This document shows, piece after piece, positions 1 through 8,815 of a stretch of 32,000 bases of DNA (its first letter is position 1; the number at the start of each line of letters is the position of its first letter). The position numbers were made by a program, and so were the translations under genes. The DNA is from Chlamydiales bacterium (lineage in GTDB: Bacteria > Chlamydiota > Chlamydiia > Chlamydiales > SM23-39), in contig OZ253438.1 in the NCBI GenBank assembly GCA_965261025.1, positions 300,001 through 332,000 on the forward strand. Reading direction: 5' to 3'. The notes beneath the pieces were generated by a model that was not told where the DNA came from, did no database searches, and saw only the letters and a program-made list of their open reading frames with translations.

Positions 1-220
<220 letters not shown>

Positions 221-535
221 TTATTCTTCAATGATGGCAATTATATCATCCGCCCTAACTATGAGCAATTCTTCTTCCTTCACAACCACTTCCTGGCCAG
301 AATATTTATCCACGAGGATGATATCCCCTACCTTTACGGAGATAGGAAGCGCTTTTCCCTCTTCGGAAATCTTTCCCGGGCCTACAGCCAAAACTTTTGC
401 TTTTTCTTGTTTTTTCTTAGCTGTGTCTGGGAGAATAATGCCTCCTTTTAAGACCTCTTCTGGTTCCAGTCTTTTAGCAAGCACACGATTTCCTAAGGGT
501 TGTAAAATAACTTTCTTTTCTGTTTGTGTCGCCAT
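221..535 (-). CDS. groES: Co-chaperonin GroES (10 kDa)
   Basis: 104 aa with typical GroES features: LQPLGNRVLAKR, GGIILPDTAKKK (mobile loop), GDIILVDKYSG. AGGAGG lies 9 nt upstream of the ATG, and groEL follows directly. Confidence 0.95.
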   Translation of the reverse strand: MATQTEKKVILQPLGNRVLAKRLEPEEVLKGGIILPDTAKKKQEKAKVLAVGPGKISEEGKALPISVKVGDIILVDKYSGQEVVVKEEELLIVRADDIIAIIEE

Positions 536-602
536 GCCGGTTGTACCTCCTGATATAGAATGACGTTTTTCATATACAGATCTTATGTTAAAAAGAGGTT
601 TT

Positions 603-629
603 TTAGCAAAGCATTTTGTTAACTGCTAA
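603..629 (-). promoter_or_regulatory. CIRCE-like inverted repeat (putative HrcA operator) upstream of groES-groEL
   Basis: TTAGCAAAG-N9-AACTGCTAA has the same 9-N9-9 geometry as the CIRCE consensus TTAGCACTC-N9-GAGTGCTAA. The outer TTAGCA/TGCTAA arms are perfect and the inner 3 bp are degenerate. It lies 68-94 nt upstream of the groES ATG. Confidence 0.55.
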
Positions 630-810
630 TCTTCTCTTAAAAGAAAGTAAAAATTTTATTTACTTTGATAAGATCAAAAAGCGGAGAAGGGGTAGCTGGA
701 AAATTAGGATTTATCGGTAACTCCCCTTGGTAACTCAAAAAAAAGCTGTAGTATAAAGGGAGAATGGATCAGACTGGGGGTGTTTTTTGGTTTGCTCTTT
801 GAGAGGTTTT

Positions 811-2658
811 ATGGTTTTAGAAAGAAGTGAAGTTCCTCCTGAAAATTTTTGGAAAGTAGAAAGCTTATATGAGTCGATAGAAAAATGGAGGGAAGATTTA
901 GAGGGTTTTTCAGAAAAAAAAGGGGACTTTTATTTTCCTGACATACAGAGGCATCGGGGAAACCTTCATTTGGGCTCCAAAGAAGTAGCCGAGACGTTAA
1001 ATCTTTACTTTGAAGTAGAGAGATTTCTATCTAAATTACACACTTATGCCCACTTAAGACATGATGAAGACTTGGAAAAGGAAGGTCCTAAAAAAGCAAA
1101 TGATACTATTTCTTCTTTATATCATCGGTTTTCTCAAGAGACAGCTTGGATAGAGCCAGAACTTTTACACCTTCCCGAAAACAGCTTTCAAAAGCTTTTA
1201 GAAGAGAAAGACTTGCAGTTATATAAAACCTATTTAACTCGGCTACATAGGATGCGTTTTCATACGTTAGGGGAAAAAGAAGAAGAGCTTCTAGCTATGA
1301 GCGCTAAATCCTTGCAGGGGTTTCATAAGGTTTTTTCTAATTTAAGTGGGATCGATATGGTTTTTGAACCAGCAGAGGATAGTGCGGGAAATAAGCAGGA
1401 ACTGACAGAGGGGACTTATTCCATTTACTTAAAGAGTGGAGATAGAAAACTAAGACAAGAATCTTATCAAAACTTACATGCAGGATACGAGTCTTTTCAA
1501 AACACGTTTTGTGAAATTTTAAAGGGAGAAGTCGAATCACAGGTTTTTTGTGCTAAGGCAAGGAGGTTTGAGGATTGTTTACAGGCGGCCATAAAGCCAA
1601 AAAATATAGATCGTTCTGTTTATGAAAGTCTTATCCAAGGAGTACAGGCAAGACTGGATCTTCTCCATCGTTATACGAAGCTTCGAAAAAAAATACTGAA
1701 GGTAGAAAACCTTTATCCTTACGATCTGTATGTTCCTTTAGTGGGAGAGGTAGAGGAAAAATGGGATTATAAACAGGCGGTCGATTTAGTTTTAGACTCT
1801 TTATCTCCTCTAGGAGATAAGTACAGGGCTATTTTAGAAAAAGGGCTGAAAGAAGAAGGCTGGGTGGATATTTATGAAAACAAAAGAAAACGATCTGGAG
1901 CCTATTCCAGCGGATGTTACGACAGTCATCCATACATTCTTCTCAATTATCACGGCTTTTTTTCTGATGTAACTACGTTGACTCATGAAGCAGGGCACAG
2001 TATGCATTCGTATAAAAGCAGAACATGTCAACCTTATCTCTATGCGGATTATCCCATATTTTTAGCAGAAGTAGCTTCTACTTTTCATGAACAGCTTCTC
2101 CTTACTCATCTTTTGAAAAAGGAAAAAAATCTCCGTAAGAGGGCTTACCTTTTAAATTTTGCTCTAGAGCAAATAAGAACTACCCTATACAGGCAAACTC
2201 TTTTTGCAGAGTTTGAGTTAATGCTTCACAAATGGGTAGAAGAAGGCATTCCTGTAACGCCGCAACTTTTGCGAAGAGAATATTTAGGTCTGTATCAAAA
2301 ATACTACGGGGAAACGCTTACCTTGTCAGAACAAGAGCCCGTTGCAGTGGAATGGGCTAGAGTTCCTCACTTTTATTATAATTACTATGTATATCAGTAT
2401 GCAACTGGGATTAGTGCTGCTCTAGCTTTTTCACAAAAAGAGCAACAGGGGAATTTTGATAGAGAGGTATATTTACAATTTCTCTCTTCAGGGTGTTCCA
2501 AAGATCCCATAGAGACGCTTCAAGAAGCAGGAGTTGATTTAACTAGCCCCAAAGTGGTAGAGGAGGCTCTTTGTTATTTTGGAAAATTATTAGAAGAATT
2601 TGAAAAATGCATTGAGAACACCTCTATGGAAAATACAGATATGGCTTTAGAAGAGTAA
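811..2658 (+). CDS. pepF: Oligoendopeptidase F (M3B zinc metallopeptidase)
   Basis: About 615 aa with the HEXXH zinc motif in LTHEAGHSMHS and the downstream EVAS glutamate. I chose the ATG at 811 (GAGAGG 4 nt upstream) over the TTG at 787. The position next to groES matches chlamydial order as I recall it. Confidence 0.9.
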   Translation: MVLERSEVPPENFWKVESLYESIEKWREDLEGFSEKKGDFYFPDIQRHRGNLHLGSKEVAETLNLYFEVERFLSKLHTYAHLRHDEDLEKEGPKKANDTISSLYHRFSQETAWIEPELLHLPENSFQKLLEEKDLQLYKTYLTRLHRMRFHTLGEKEEELLAMSAKSLQGFHKVFSNLSGIDMVFEPAEDSAGNKQELTEGTYSIYLKSGDRKLRQESYQNLHAGYESFQNTFCEILKGEVESQVFCAKARRFEDCLQAAIKPKNIDRSVYESLIQGVQARLDLLHRYTKLRKKILKVENLYPYDLYVPLVGEVEEKWDYKQAVDLVLDSLSPLGDKYRAILEKGLKEEGWVDIYENKRKRSGAYSSGCYDSHPYILLNYHGFFSDVTTLTHEAGHSMHSYKSRTCQPYLYADYPIFLAEVASTFHEQLLLTHLLKKEKNLRKRAYLLNFALEQIRTTLYRQTLFAEFELMLHKWVEEGIPVTPQLLRREYLGLYQKYYGETLTLSEQEPVAVEWARVPHFYYNYYVYQYATGISAALAFSQKEQQGNFDREVYLQFLSSGCSKDPIETLQEAGVDLTSPKVVEEALCYFGKLLEEFEKCIENTSMENTDMALEE

Positions 2659-2723
2659 AAAACCTTGCGGAAAAATTTTTAAAAGGTTATCTACCTATTC
2701 GATAGGTCAATTGTTTGTTTACG

Positions 2724-3008
2724 ATGCAAAAGCGAAAAAAGACGGTAGCTTCCTTTACTATTAGAAATGATAAGGGTTTACATACGAGGCCTTCTACAGA
2801 ACTGGTAAAGTGTGCTACTCGTTTCGACGCACAGGTCAATCTGTTCTATAGAAACTATATGGTTAATGCAAAATCTCTTCTTGGAATATTGATGCTGGCT
2901 GCGGAAAAAGGATCAAAAATTCGGATAGAGGCCTTTGGAGAGGATGCGGAAAAGGCCGTTTGCTCTATTTTAGAGCTTGCAAAGAATAAGTTTAATATCA
3001 AGTACTAA
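2724..3008 (+). CDS. ptsH: Phosphocarrier protein HPr
   Basis: GLHTRPS holds the active-site His and NAKSLLGIL holds the regulatory Ser. Size is about 94 aa. The start is uncertain (ATG 2724 or TTG 2715). Confidence 0.85.
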   Translation: MQKRKKTVASFTIRNDKGLHTRPSTELVKCATRFDAQVNLFYRNYMVNAKSLLGILMLAAEKGSKIRIEAFGEDAEKAVCSILELAKNKFNIKY

Positions 3009-3679
3009 GAGACCGTAACTTCCCCATTGTAGAAACCGGTGATTACTCTGGTAGCTAGTTGGAAAAAGAGCCCTGTTTCTAAAACACCAGGGATATTTTT
3101 TAAAGACTCGTTTAACTTTTCCAAGCTATCTATCGGGGTTTTCAAAGAGAGGTCGTAGGTATAATTGCCGTTATCGGTTTGGTAGAGCTGGTGATTTTTC
3201 TTTCTAAAAGAGCCTGTGTATCCCAGTTTTTCAATTTTTTTCTGTGTAGCAAAATGGCCGAAGGGAAGTATCTCCAAGGGAAGCTTATGAATTCCTAGAT
3301 GCTTTACCCATTTGCTTTCATCTATGATAATAATCACTTCTTTACTGGAAGAAGCTAAGATTTTTTCTCGTAAAAGAGCTCCCCCTCCTCCTTTAATCAT
3401 TCTTTTTTGCTGATCAATTTCATCTGCCCCATCGACGGTAACATCTACTTCAGCGATCTCTTCTAGGGAGATTAACTGCAAAGAGCCCTTTTTTGCCTTT
3501 TCCGCAGAAGACTTGGAGCTACTTACTACTTTTATATGAAGCCCTTTCTTTTTTCTTTCTATAAGTTCTTCAATGAAATAGGTGGTAGTAGTACCTGAGC
3601 CTAGTCCTATAACCATTTTATCCTGAATCAGCTCGGCTGCTTTTTTTGCTGCTTTTTTCTTTGCTTGTTCTTGATCCAT
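3005..3679 (-). CDS. rpiA: Ribose-5-phosphate isomerase A
   Basis: Motifs GLGSGTTTTYFIEEL, DGADEID and KGGGGALLREKI; 224 aa. Confidence 0.9.
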   Translation of the reverse strand: MDQEQAKKKAAKKAAELIQDKMVIGLGSGTTTTYFIEELIERKKKGLHIKVVSSSKSSAEKAKKGSLQLISLEEIAEVDVTVDGADEIDQQKRMIKGGGGALLREKILASSSKEVIIIIDESKWVKHLGIHKLPLEILPFGHFATQKKIEKLGYTGSFRKKNHQLYQTDNGNYTYDLSLKTPIDSLEKLNESLKNIPGVLETGLFFQLATRVITGFYNGEVTVS

Positions 3680-3902
3680 TCCCTACCTTATAGACTCTTT
3701 TTTGGGGAAAATCAAGATAAGGATTTAGAATTTATCTAGTAAAATTTTTAATAGGAATAAAAATAAAGCTAAAGAAGATGGGATCTGTTAAATGAGGAGC
3801 ATTCTACTAAGGGGATAAGATAAAAATATTTTTAACCAAAAGAAAATTTTTTGGATAGGTTTGAAATCCTTCTAAAAAAGGCAATTTTTGGGTAAAATGC
3901 CT

Positions 3903-3924
3903 GCTTACTAAAGGGGGAGTAAGC
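3903..3924 (+). promoter_or_regulatory. Perfect 7-bp stem hairpin spanning the ribosome-binding site of the 916-aa ORF
   Basis: GCTTACT-aaaggggg-AGTAAGC ends on the base before the ATG at 3925. The G-rich Shine-Dalgarno lies in the loop and 3' arm. Confidence 0.4.
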
Positions 3925-6675
3925 ATGAGGACCTTGGATCTCATTGGGGGGGACAGGCCTTTTTCGGTAACTTTATCCTATCATGCTCCCCAGCAAGAGC
4001 CTATCATTTCTGGTTGTTCTGTCCTAGAGAAAATTCAAGAGTTATCTAGGGATTTCTTTCTTTTGATAGAAGGGTTTTTCAAGCATTTACCTTATGTGAG
4101 GCGTTTTTCATTAACCCCCCTTTTCGTTCAGCGTGTTGTCAAAGATAGTATATGGGATTATCTAGAGGTTCACTGGATCGTTTTAAAGATTTTTCTTTTC
4201 TTAGGAGAGATGGGTATTTTTCTTAGCTGGAAAGTTCTGAGATTTTCCTATAACCAGGTTTTGTATCAAAGAAAGGAAAAAGAGCAAATTGACCTATCCT
4301 ATTACGCGAAGAAATGGAAAGGGTTAGATGAAGGATATGTAAATATTTCTTATAAGGGAGCCTCAAAGAGGCTTTCTACAAAACTCGAGAATATTCCAGA
4401 AAAAGTTTCTCTAGAAGATTTAGAGCAAATATTTAAAGAGCTCAATTTTGAAGACAGTACAAATGCTAGGTATGTTCATCCTGAGAGATTACTAGAAGAG
4501 GGAAACACTTATAGTAAAGAAGATCTTGGTCGAGGCTTGCAAGTTTTTATAAACAATGTGAAAAATCGAGTTCCCCTGATAGGCACACCTAGAGAGGATG
4601 ATACCGAAGGTGTTGAGCAATTTTATGGGGTTATAGAAGACTCTACTCGTTTTTGTATTCATGAATCTAACCAGCGGTTAGAAAGTTTTACTAAAATTCA
4701 TGGAGAAGATACTTCAAGCTATTCCAAAGAAGTTTTGCAGGAATACAAAAGTATTTTTGAAGATAGAGCCCGGATAGTTCTTGACCTAGCAATAATAGGA
4801 GCTAAAGGGCTTTGTGGAACTCGTTATATGGGGGCTGCCCAAATTTTACAAAACTATTGGCTAGGAGAAAAAGAGGAAGAGGGAACTTTGAAAGGAGCTT
4901 TAGAAGCTATTTTAGAAAAGGCTCGAAGTGGTATTGCGCAAAGGCATGCTGCTCTTATACAGGATGAAAATGGCTCATCTCATAGCTATGTTAACTACCT
5001 GGCTTGTTTTGGAAAGGCATTGGGAATTACTACAACAGGAGTTTCGGATATACTAAGCAACCCACTGGATCCCACTTATTACCTAGATCAGTTTTTTCAA
5101 GAATATACAAAAAGCTTTATTAAAGGATTAATTCAGGAAAAGATAAAAAAATCGCAAAGTTTTAGAGAAAAAATTATTGACTGGCTCAAAGACCAAAAAG
5201 AGGACTGGATAGGTTCCGAAATTTCCCTGGAAGACGCCATACAAAGAGGGAGACAGGTAGTTGCTAGAAAAGAAATAGAACAGGGAGGCTATTTCTATAA
5301 AAATCTAGAAGCATTGGGAGAGTATGTAAGCTTTTTGAAAAAGTCAAATGGGTATTTTTCGGAACCTGAGTCAAACTCAGAGTTATTCATAGAGAATCTT
5401 TTTCCCAAGGAGCCAGATTTATGGGCAGCTTTTTGTGAGAATAAACAAGTTTCAGAAAAAGGGGAGCAGGCAAGGTTCAAGTGGAAGTTACAGAACCTTT
5501 TTTCTACAGAGCAGTTTGGGGAGGCTTTATCTGATGAAGTCAAAAAGAGAGTCAGTTCTTCTGAAGTAAATTCTAATTCTCTATTAACAGAAGTTTTTTC
5601 TCAAAAGCTACTTGAGCTACAAAAAATAGGGGGGCTTTGTGCAGAGGGAATTCAACTGGAGCGGGATGTGGCTTTAAGGGTGGTGCAAGAAAACCTAGAG
5701 GTAGAGTCAGCAATTAAAAGTAGATATTCTCGGTTGCAAGGCGAACTCTTTTTGCAGGCTCTGGTTCCTGAAGCAGATCAGCTAATAGAGCAAGGTTTGC
5801 CAGATAAGGTTCTTGATTGGGTGCTATTTTCCCATGAAATTTTTCTTTTACCAAAAGGGGAAACGGCTTTATCGAAAAAGGCTAGCCCGCAATATACTCA
5901 GCATATATTTCACATTATTTCAGAAAGTTTCACTAATCCTTTACCACACTGGGAAAAACTGAAAAAAAGAGAGCCGTTATCTAGCGAAGAAGAGAGAGCT
6001 TTAAGATCTTGTTTAATAAGGTCTCTACCCGATTGCAGCTCAGCTTGTATTAGTCTAGAAAGGCTTGTATTTGAGCTTGCTTATCAACTAGATAAACAGA
6101 AGGTTCTTGACGAGGCACAGAAAATAACGGGTTCTTTTTTGGACTCTTTAAAGAAGAAAATTTTTCAGTCCCGTCTGGTTGGTAATTTGGTAAAAATTCT
6201 ATGGATTCTTACATTAGCATGGGGGGGGATAAGGCTAATCAAAGGAGCAGCTATTTTTTATCCTTTGTTTTTGAGTCTAAGAGACTATCTAAATGGGTTT
6301 AGATTGGTTTCGACATTTAATCAGTTAAAAGTTATTTCATTCCTTAGAGACCTTTGCAAGGCGTCTTTAGGTTTGAGGGAACACTTCTTTTTTACCCTTC
6401 TTTTTTATGCTAATTACCACAGATCTTTTATAAACTCTAAGTATTTCAGTTGGGCTAGGTTTTTTTTAGTCAGTCGGTTTAAAAGCGAAGATAATTTCTT
6501 TGATTTTCAAGTGAAGATAGCTGAGAGTATATATTTCTTAGCGCGTTTATTAAATTTATCTGAGTTTTTCAATGCTTCTTTTTTAGAAAGGGTATTTCGA
6601 GAGAAAAAATACTCTTTAGATCTTTTTTTGAAAGAAAAGGCTTTTCAGCTATTTCAGTTACCTTGTAATTCGTAG
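3925..6675 (+). CDS. Large orphan protein (916 aa), membrane-associated; function unknown
   Basis: Long uninterrupted ORF in an AT-rich genome, with a strong SD (AAGGGGGAG). There is one hydrophobic segment near residues 84-105 and a hydrophobic, Phe-rich C-terminal ~170 aa (LVKILWILTLAWGGIRLIKGAAIFYPLFLSL...). The middle is charged and helical. I recognise no catalytic motif. Confidence 0.7.
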   Translation: MRTLDLIGGDRPFSVTLSYHAPQQEPIISGCSVLEKIQELSRDFFLLIEGFFKHLPYVRRFSLTPLFVQRVVKDSIWDYLEVHWIVLKIFLFLGEMGIFLSWKVLRFSYNQVLYQRKEKEQIDLSYYAKKWKGLDEGYVNISYKGASKRLSTKLENIPEKVSLEDLEQIFKELNFEDSTNARYVHPERLLEEGNTYSKEDLGRGLQVFINNVKNRVPLIGTPREDDTEGVEQFYGVIEDSTRFCIHESNQRLESFTKIHGEDTSSYSKEVLQEYKSIFEDRARIVLDLAIIGAKGLCGTRYMGAAQILQNYWLGEKEEEGTLKGALEAILEKARSGIAQRHAALIQDENGSSHSYVNYLACFGKALGITTTGVSDILSNPLDPTYYLDQFFQEYTKSFIKGLIQEKIKKSQSFREKIIDWLKDQKEDWIGSEISLEDAIQRGRQVVARKEIEQGGYFYKNLEALGEYVSFLKKSNGYFSEPESNSELFIENLFPKEPDLWAAFCENKQVSEKGEQARFKWKLQNLFSTEQFGEALSDEVKKRVSSSEVNSNSLLTEVFSQKLLELQKIGGLCAEGIQLERDVALRVVQENLEVESAIKSRYSRLQGELFLQALVPEADQLIEQGLPDKVLDWVLFSHEIFLLPKGETALSKKASPQYTQHIFHIISESFTNPLPHWEKLKKREPLSSEEERALRSCLIRSLPDCSSACISLERLVFELAYQLDKQKVLDEAQKITGSFLDSLKKKIFQSRLVGNLVKILWILTLAWGGIRLIKGAAIFYPLFLSLRDYLNGFRLVSTFNQLKVISFLRDLCKASLGLREHFFFTLLFYANYHRSFINSKYFSWARFFLVSRFKSEDNFFDFQVKIAESIYFLARLLNLSEFFNASFLERVFREKKYSLDLFLKEKAFQLFQLPCNS

Positions 6676-6705
6676 GAAGTTTTATCTATTTCTTAGAGGG
6701 TTTTT

Positions 6706-7071
6706 TTGAAGAAAATCCTTTGCTTTTTTCCCTTTTTTTTCTATCCTATGAGAGGCAAGCGTAGGGGATTTTTTGTGTTGTCCACGACGAGAAAGGGCTT
6801 TAAGATAGCCAAGGAAAGTAGAAAGACAAAAAGGGCTAGGGAGAAGCTGCATAAAAAACTAAAGAGCCTAGAAAAAAAGTTTACTCAGGAAGCTCTACAA
6901 AAAAAACGGTTAGAAATTCACTCGTGGATAGCAAGACATTCTCATTATAGAGTAGTTTTGAGAGATAAGAATATCTCTTTATTTGATGAAAATCAAAATG
7001 CTGCTAAACTTTCTGAAAAAGTCTCTTCTATTGTGTTAAAATTGCAGAAAGAATTTCAACAAAGGGGATAA
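6706..7071 (+). CDS. Small basic hypothetical protein (121 aa)
   Basis: TTG start with AGAGGG 5 nt upstream, 30 nt after the 916-aa ORF stop. It has a hydrophobic N-terminus followed by a Lys/Arg-rich helical region. No recognisable domain. Confidence 0.4.
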   Translation: MKKILCFFPFFFYPMRGKRRGFFVLSTTRKGFKIAKESRKTKRAREKLHKKLKSLEKKFTQEALQKKRLEIHSWIARHSHYRVVLRDKNISLFDENQNAAKLSEKVSSIVLKLQKEFQQRG

Positions 7072-7152
7072 AAAAATCTCACGAAAAATATTTCTTAGGG
7101 TTTTTCTAGATATAAGAACTCCCAAGAGAATTTAGGTGTTTTTTCTCTATTT

Positions 7153-8424
7153 ATGGAAAATGTCTTTACCTTTCTTTATAAAAGAAAATTTTTGGATTCT
7201 ATTAGCTCAGAAGAGATGCTAAAAGGTTCTAAGGATCCTTTAAAGGTGTATGTCGGTTTTGATCCTACATCAGACAGCCTTCACTTAGGAAATCTAGTAG
7301 GAATTATAGCTCTTAGATGGCTTCAGAAAAAAGGGCATAAGCCCTACGTCCTTTTAGGGGGAGCTACAGGGAGAATAGGGGATCCTTCTGGAAAAAGCAA
7401 GGAAAGACCCTTAATGGAAGGGAAAGCTTTAGAGAAAAATCTAGCCTCTATCAAAAAAAGCTTTAGACGGTGGCTTGATTTTTCTCGAGAAGAGACAGCT
7501 CCTGTGCTAGTAAATAACGAAGAGTGGTTTTCTACTTTTTCCTATCTCGGTTTTTTAAGGGAAGTAGGAAAAAACTTTCGTATAGGCTCTATGATGGCTA
7601 AGGAAAGCGTTAAGCAAAGGATGCAGAGTGAGGAGGGGATTAGTTATACAGAGTTTAGTTATCAAGTCTTGCAGGCCTATGATTTTTATCATTTGTATAA
7701 AGAGCATGGCGTGTGTATGCAGTTTGGAGGATCAGATCAGTGGGGGAATATCACAGCGGGAATTGAGCTAGTTCGTAAACTTACAGGAAAAACGGTTTAT
7801 GGGGCTACTTTTCCCCTTTTGGTACGCTCAGATGGAAAGAAATTCGGAAAATCAGAAGAAGGTGCCCTTTGGCTCTGTTCAGAAAAGCTCGCTCCTTTTG
7901 ATTTTTATCAACACCTTTTACGAGTCAAAGATGAAGAAGTAGTTTTTCTACTTCGGATGCTTACCTTTTTAGAAGAAAAGGAACTTTCTTTCTATGAAAA
8001 AGCGATGAAAAGTCCTTCCTACGAACCCAACTTGGCTCAAAAAAAATTGGCAGAAGAGCTTACTCGATTTGTTCATGGAGAGGAGGGGTTAAAGAGCGCT
8101 TTAGAAACTACCGAAAATATCAGACCAGGGAAAGAAACTGTTTTAGATAAACAAACTTTACTATCTCTATCCCAAACAGCCCCTATACAAAATTTGAAAA
8201 GAGAGCAAGTTTTAGGAAGAAAATATACGGAGGTTTTACATGAAATAGGGCTTGCTTCTAGTAGATCAGAAGCGGTGAAGCTGGTAAAAAACCAGGGAGC
8301 TTATCTAAATAATCAAAAGGTATTAGATATAGCCTTTTGTCTTTCTGAAAAGGATCTTTTGGAAAAAAAGTACCTTCTATTTGCTTCGGGGAAAAAGAGA
8401 AAGCTTCTTGTAGAAGTAGAATAA
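7153..8424 (+). CDS. tyrS: Tyrosyl-tRNA synthetase
   Basis: The HIGH-type motif (DSLHLGNL), KMSKS-type motif (KFGKSE) and C-terminal S4 domain (SRSEAVKLVKNQGAYLNNQKV) are all present. Confidence 0.95.
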   Translation: MENVFTFLYKRKFLDSISSEEMLKGSKDPLKVYVGFDPTSDSLHLGNLVGIIALRWLQKKGHKPYVLLGGATGRIGDPSGKSKERPLMEGKALEKNLASIKKSFRRWLDFSREETAPVLVNNEEWFSTFSYLGFLREVGKNFRIGSMMAKESVKQRMQSEEGISYTEFSYQVLQAYDFYHLYKEHGVCMQFGGSDQWGNITAGIELVRKLTGKTVYGATFPLLVRSDGKKFGKSEEGALWLCSEKLAPFDFYQHLLRVKDEEVVFLLRMLTFLEEKELSFYEKAMKSPSYEPNLAQKKLAEELTRFVHGEEGLKSALETTENIRPGKETVLDKQTLLSLSQTAPIQNLKREQVLGRKYTEVLHEIGLASSRSEAVKLVKNQGAYLNNQKVLDIAFCLSEKDLLEKKYLLFASGKKRKLLVEVE

Positions 8425-8516
8425 AAAATTTTCTTTTTTCTTAAAAATCCCTTGAGGGAAAATCTTCAAGATAAGAGAATGACCTTTATCTGACAAAGTA
8501 ACAAGGAGATCCGTTC

Positions 8517-8810
8517 ATGGCAACTGTAACAAAGAAGAAGTTGATCCAGCAAATTTCGCAAAAAAAAGGATTACATCCCAACGATGTAAGAAATGTAATT
8601 CAAGAATTTTTGGATAGCATGACGGGTACCCTTTCTGAAGGGGATCGTTTAGAATTTCGTGATTTTGGGGTTTTTGAAGTAGTAGAAAGAAAGCAGAAAA
8701 TTGGTAGGAATCCTAAAAACGCAGAAGTTCCCATCGTAATACCTCCGAGGAAGGCGGTTAAATTTACTCCTGGTAAGAAAATGAAAAAGCTCATCGAAAA
8801 GGGTTCGTAG
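8517..8810 (+). CDS. HU/IHF-family DNA-binding protein
   Basis: 97 aa. RLEFRDFGVFEVVERKQKIGRNPKNAEVPIVIPPRKAVKFTPGKKMK is the typical HU/IHF beta-arm signature. AAGGAGA SD is present. Confidence 0.9.
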   Translation: MATVTKKKLIQQISQKKGLHPNDVRNVIQEFLDSMTGTLSEGDRLEFRDFGVFEVVERKQKIGRNPKNAEVPIVIPPRKAVKFTPGKKMKKLIEKGS

Positions 8811-8815
8811 CGCTC

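Noticed and set aside
3005-3008. Convergent ptsH and rpiA overlap at their stop codons (CTAA) with no terminator between them
   Set aside because: It is real in the sequence but is a common consequence of compaction in small genomes. There is no evidence of special function.
7072-7152. Possible T-box or other leader riboswitch upstream of tyrS (and likewise upstream of pheS)
   Set aside because: The leaders are only about 80 nt and 5 nt long, too short for a T-box, and no specifier or T-box sequence is visible.
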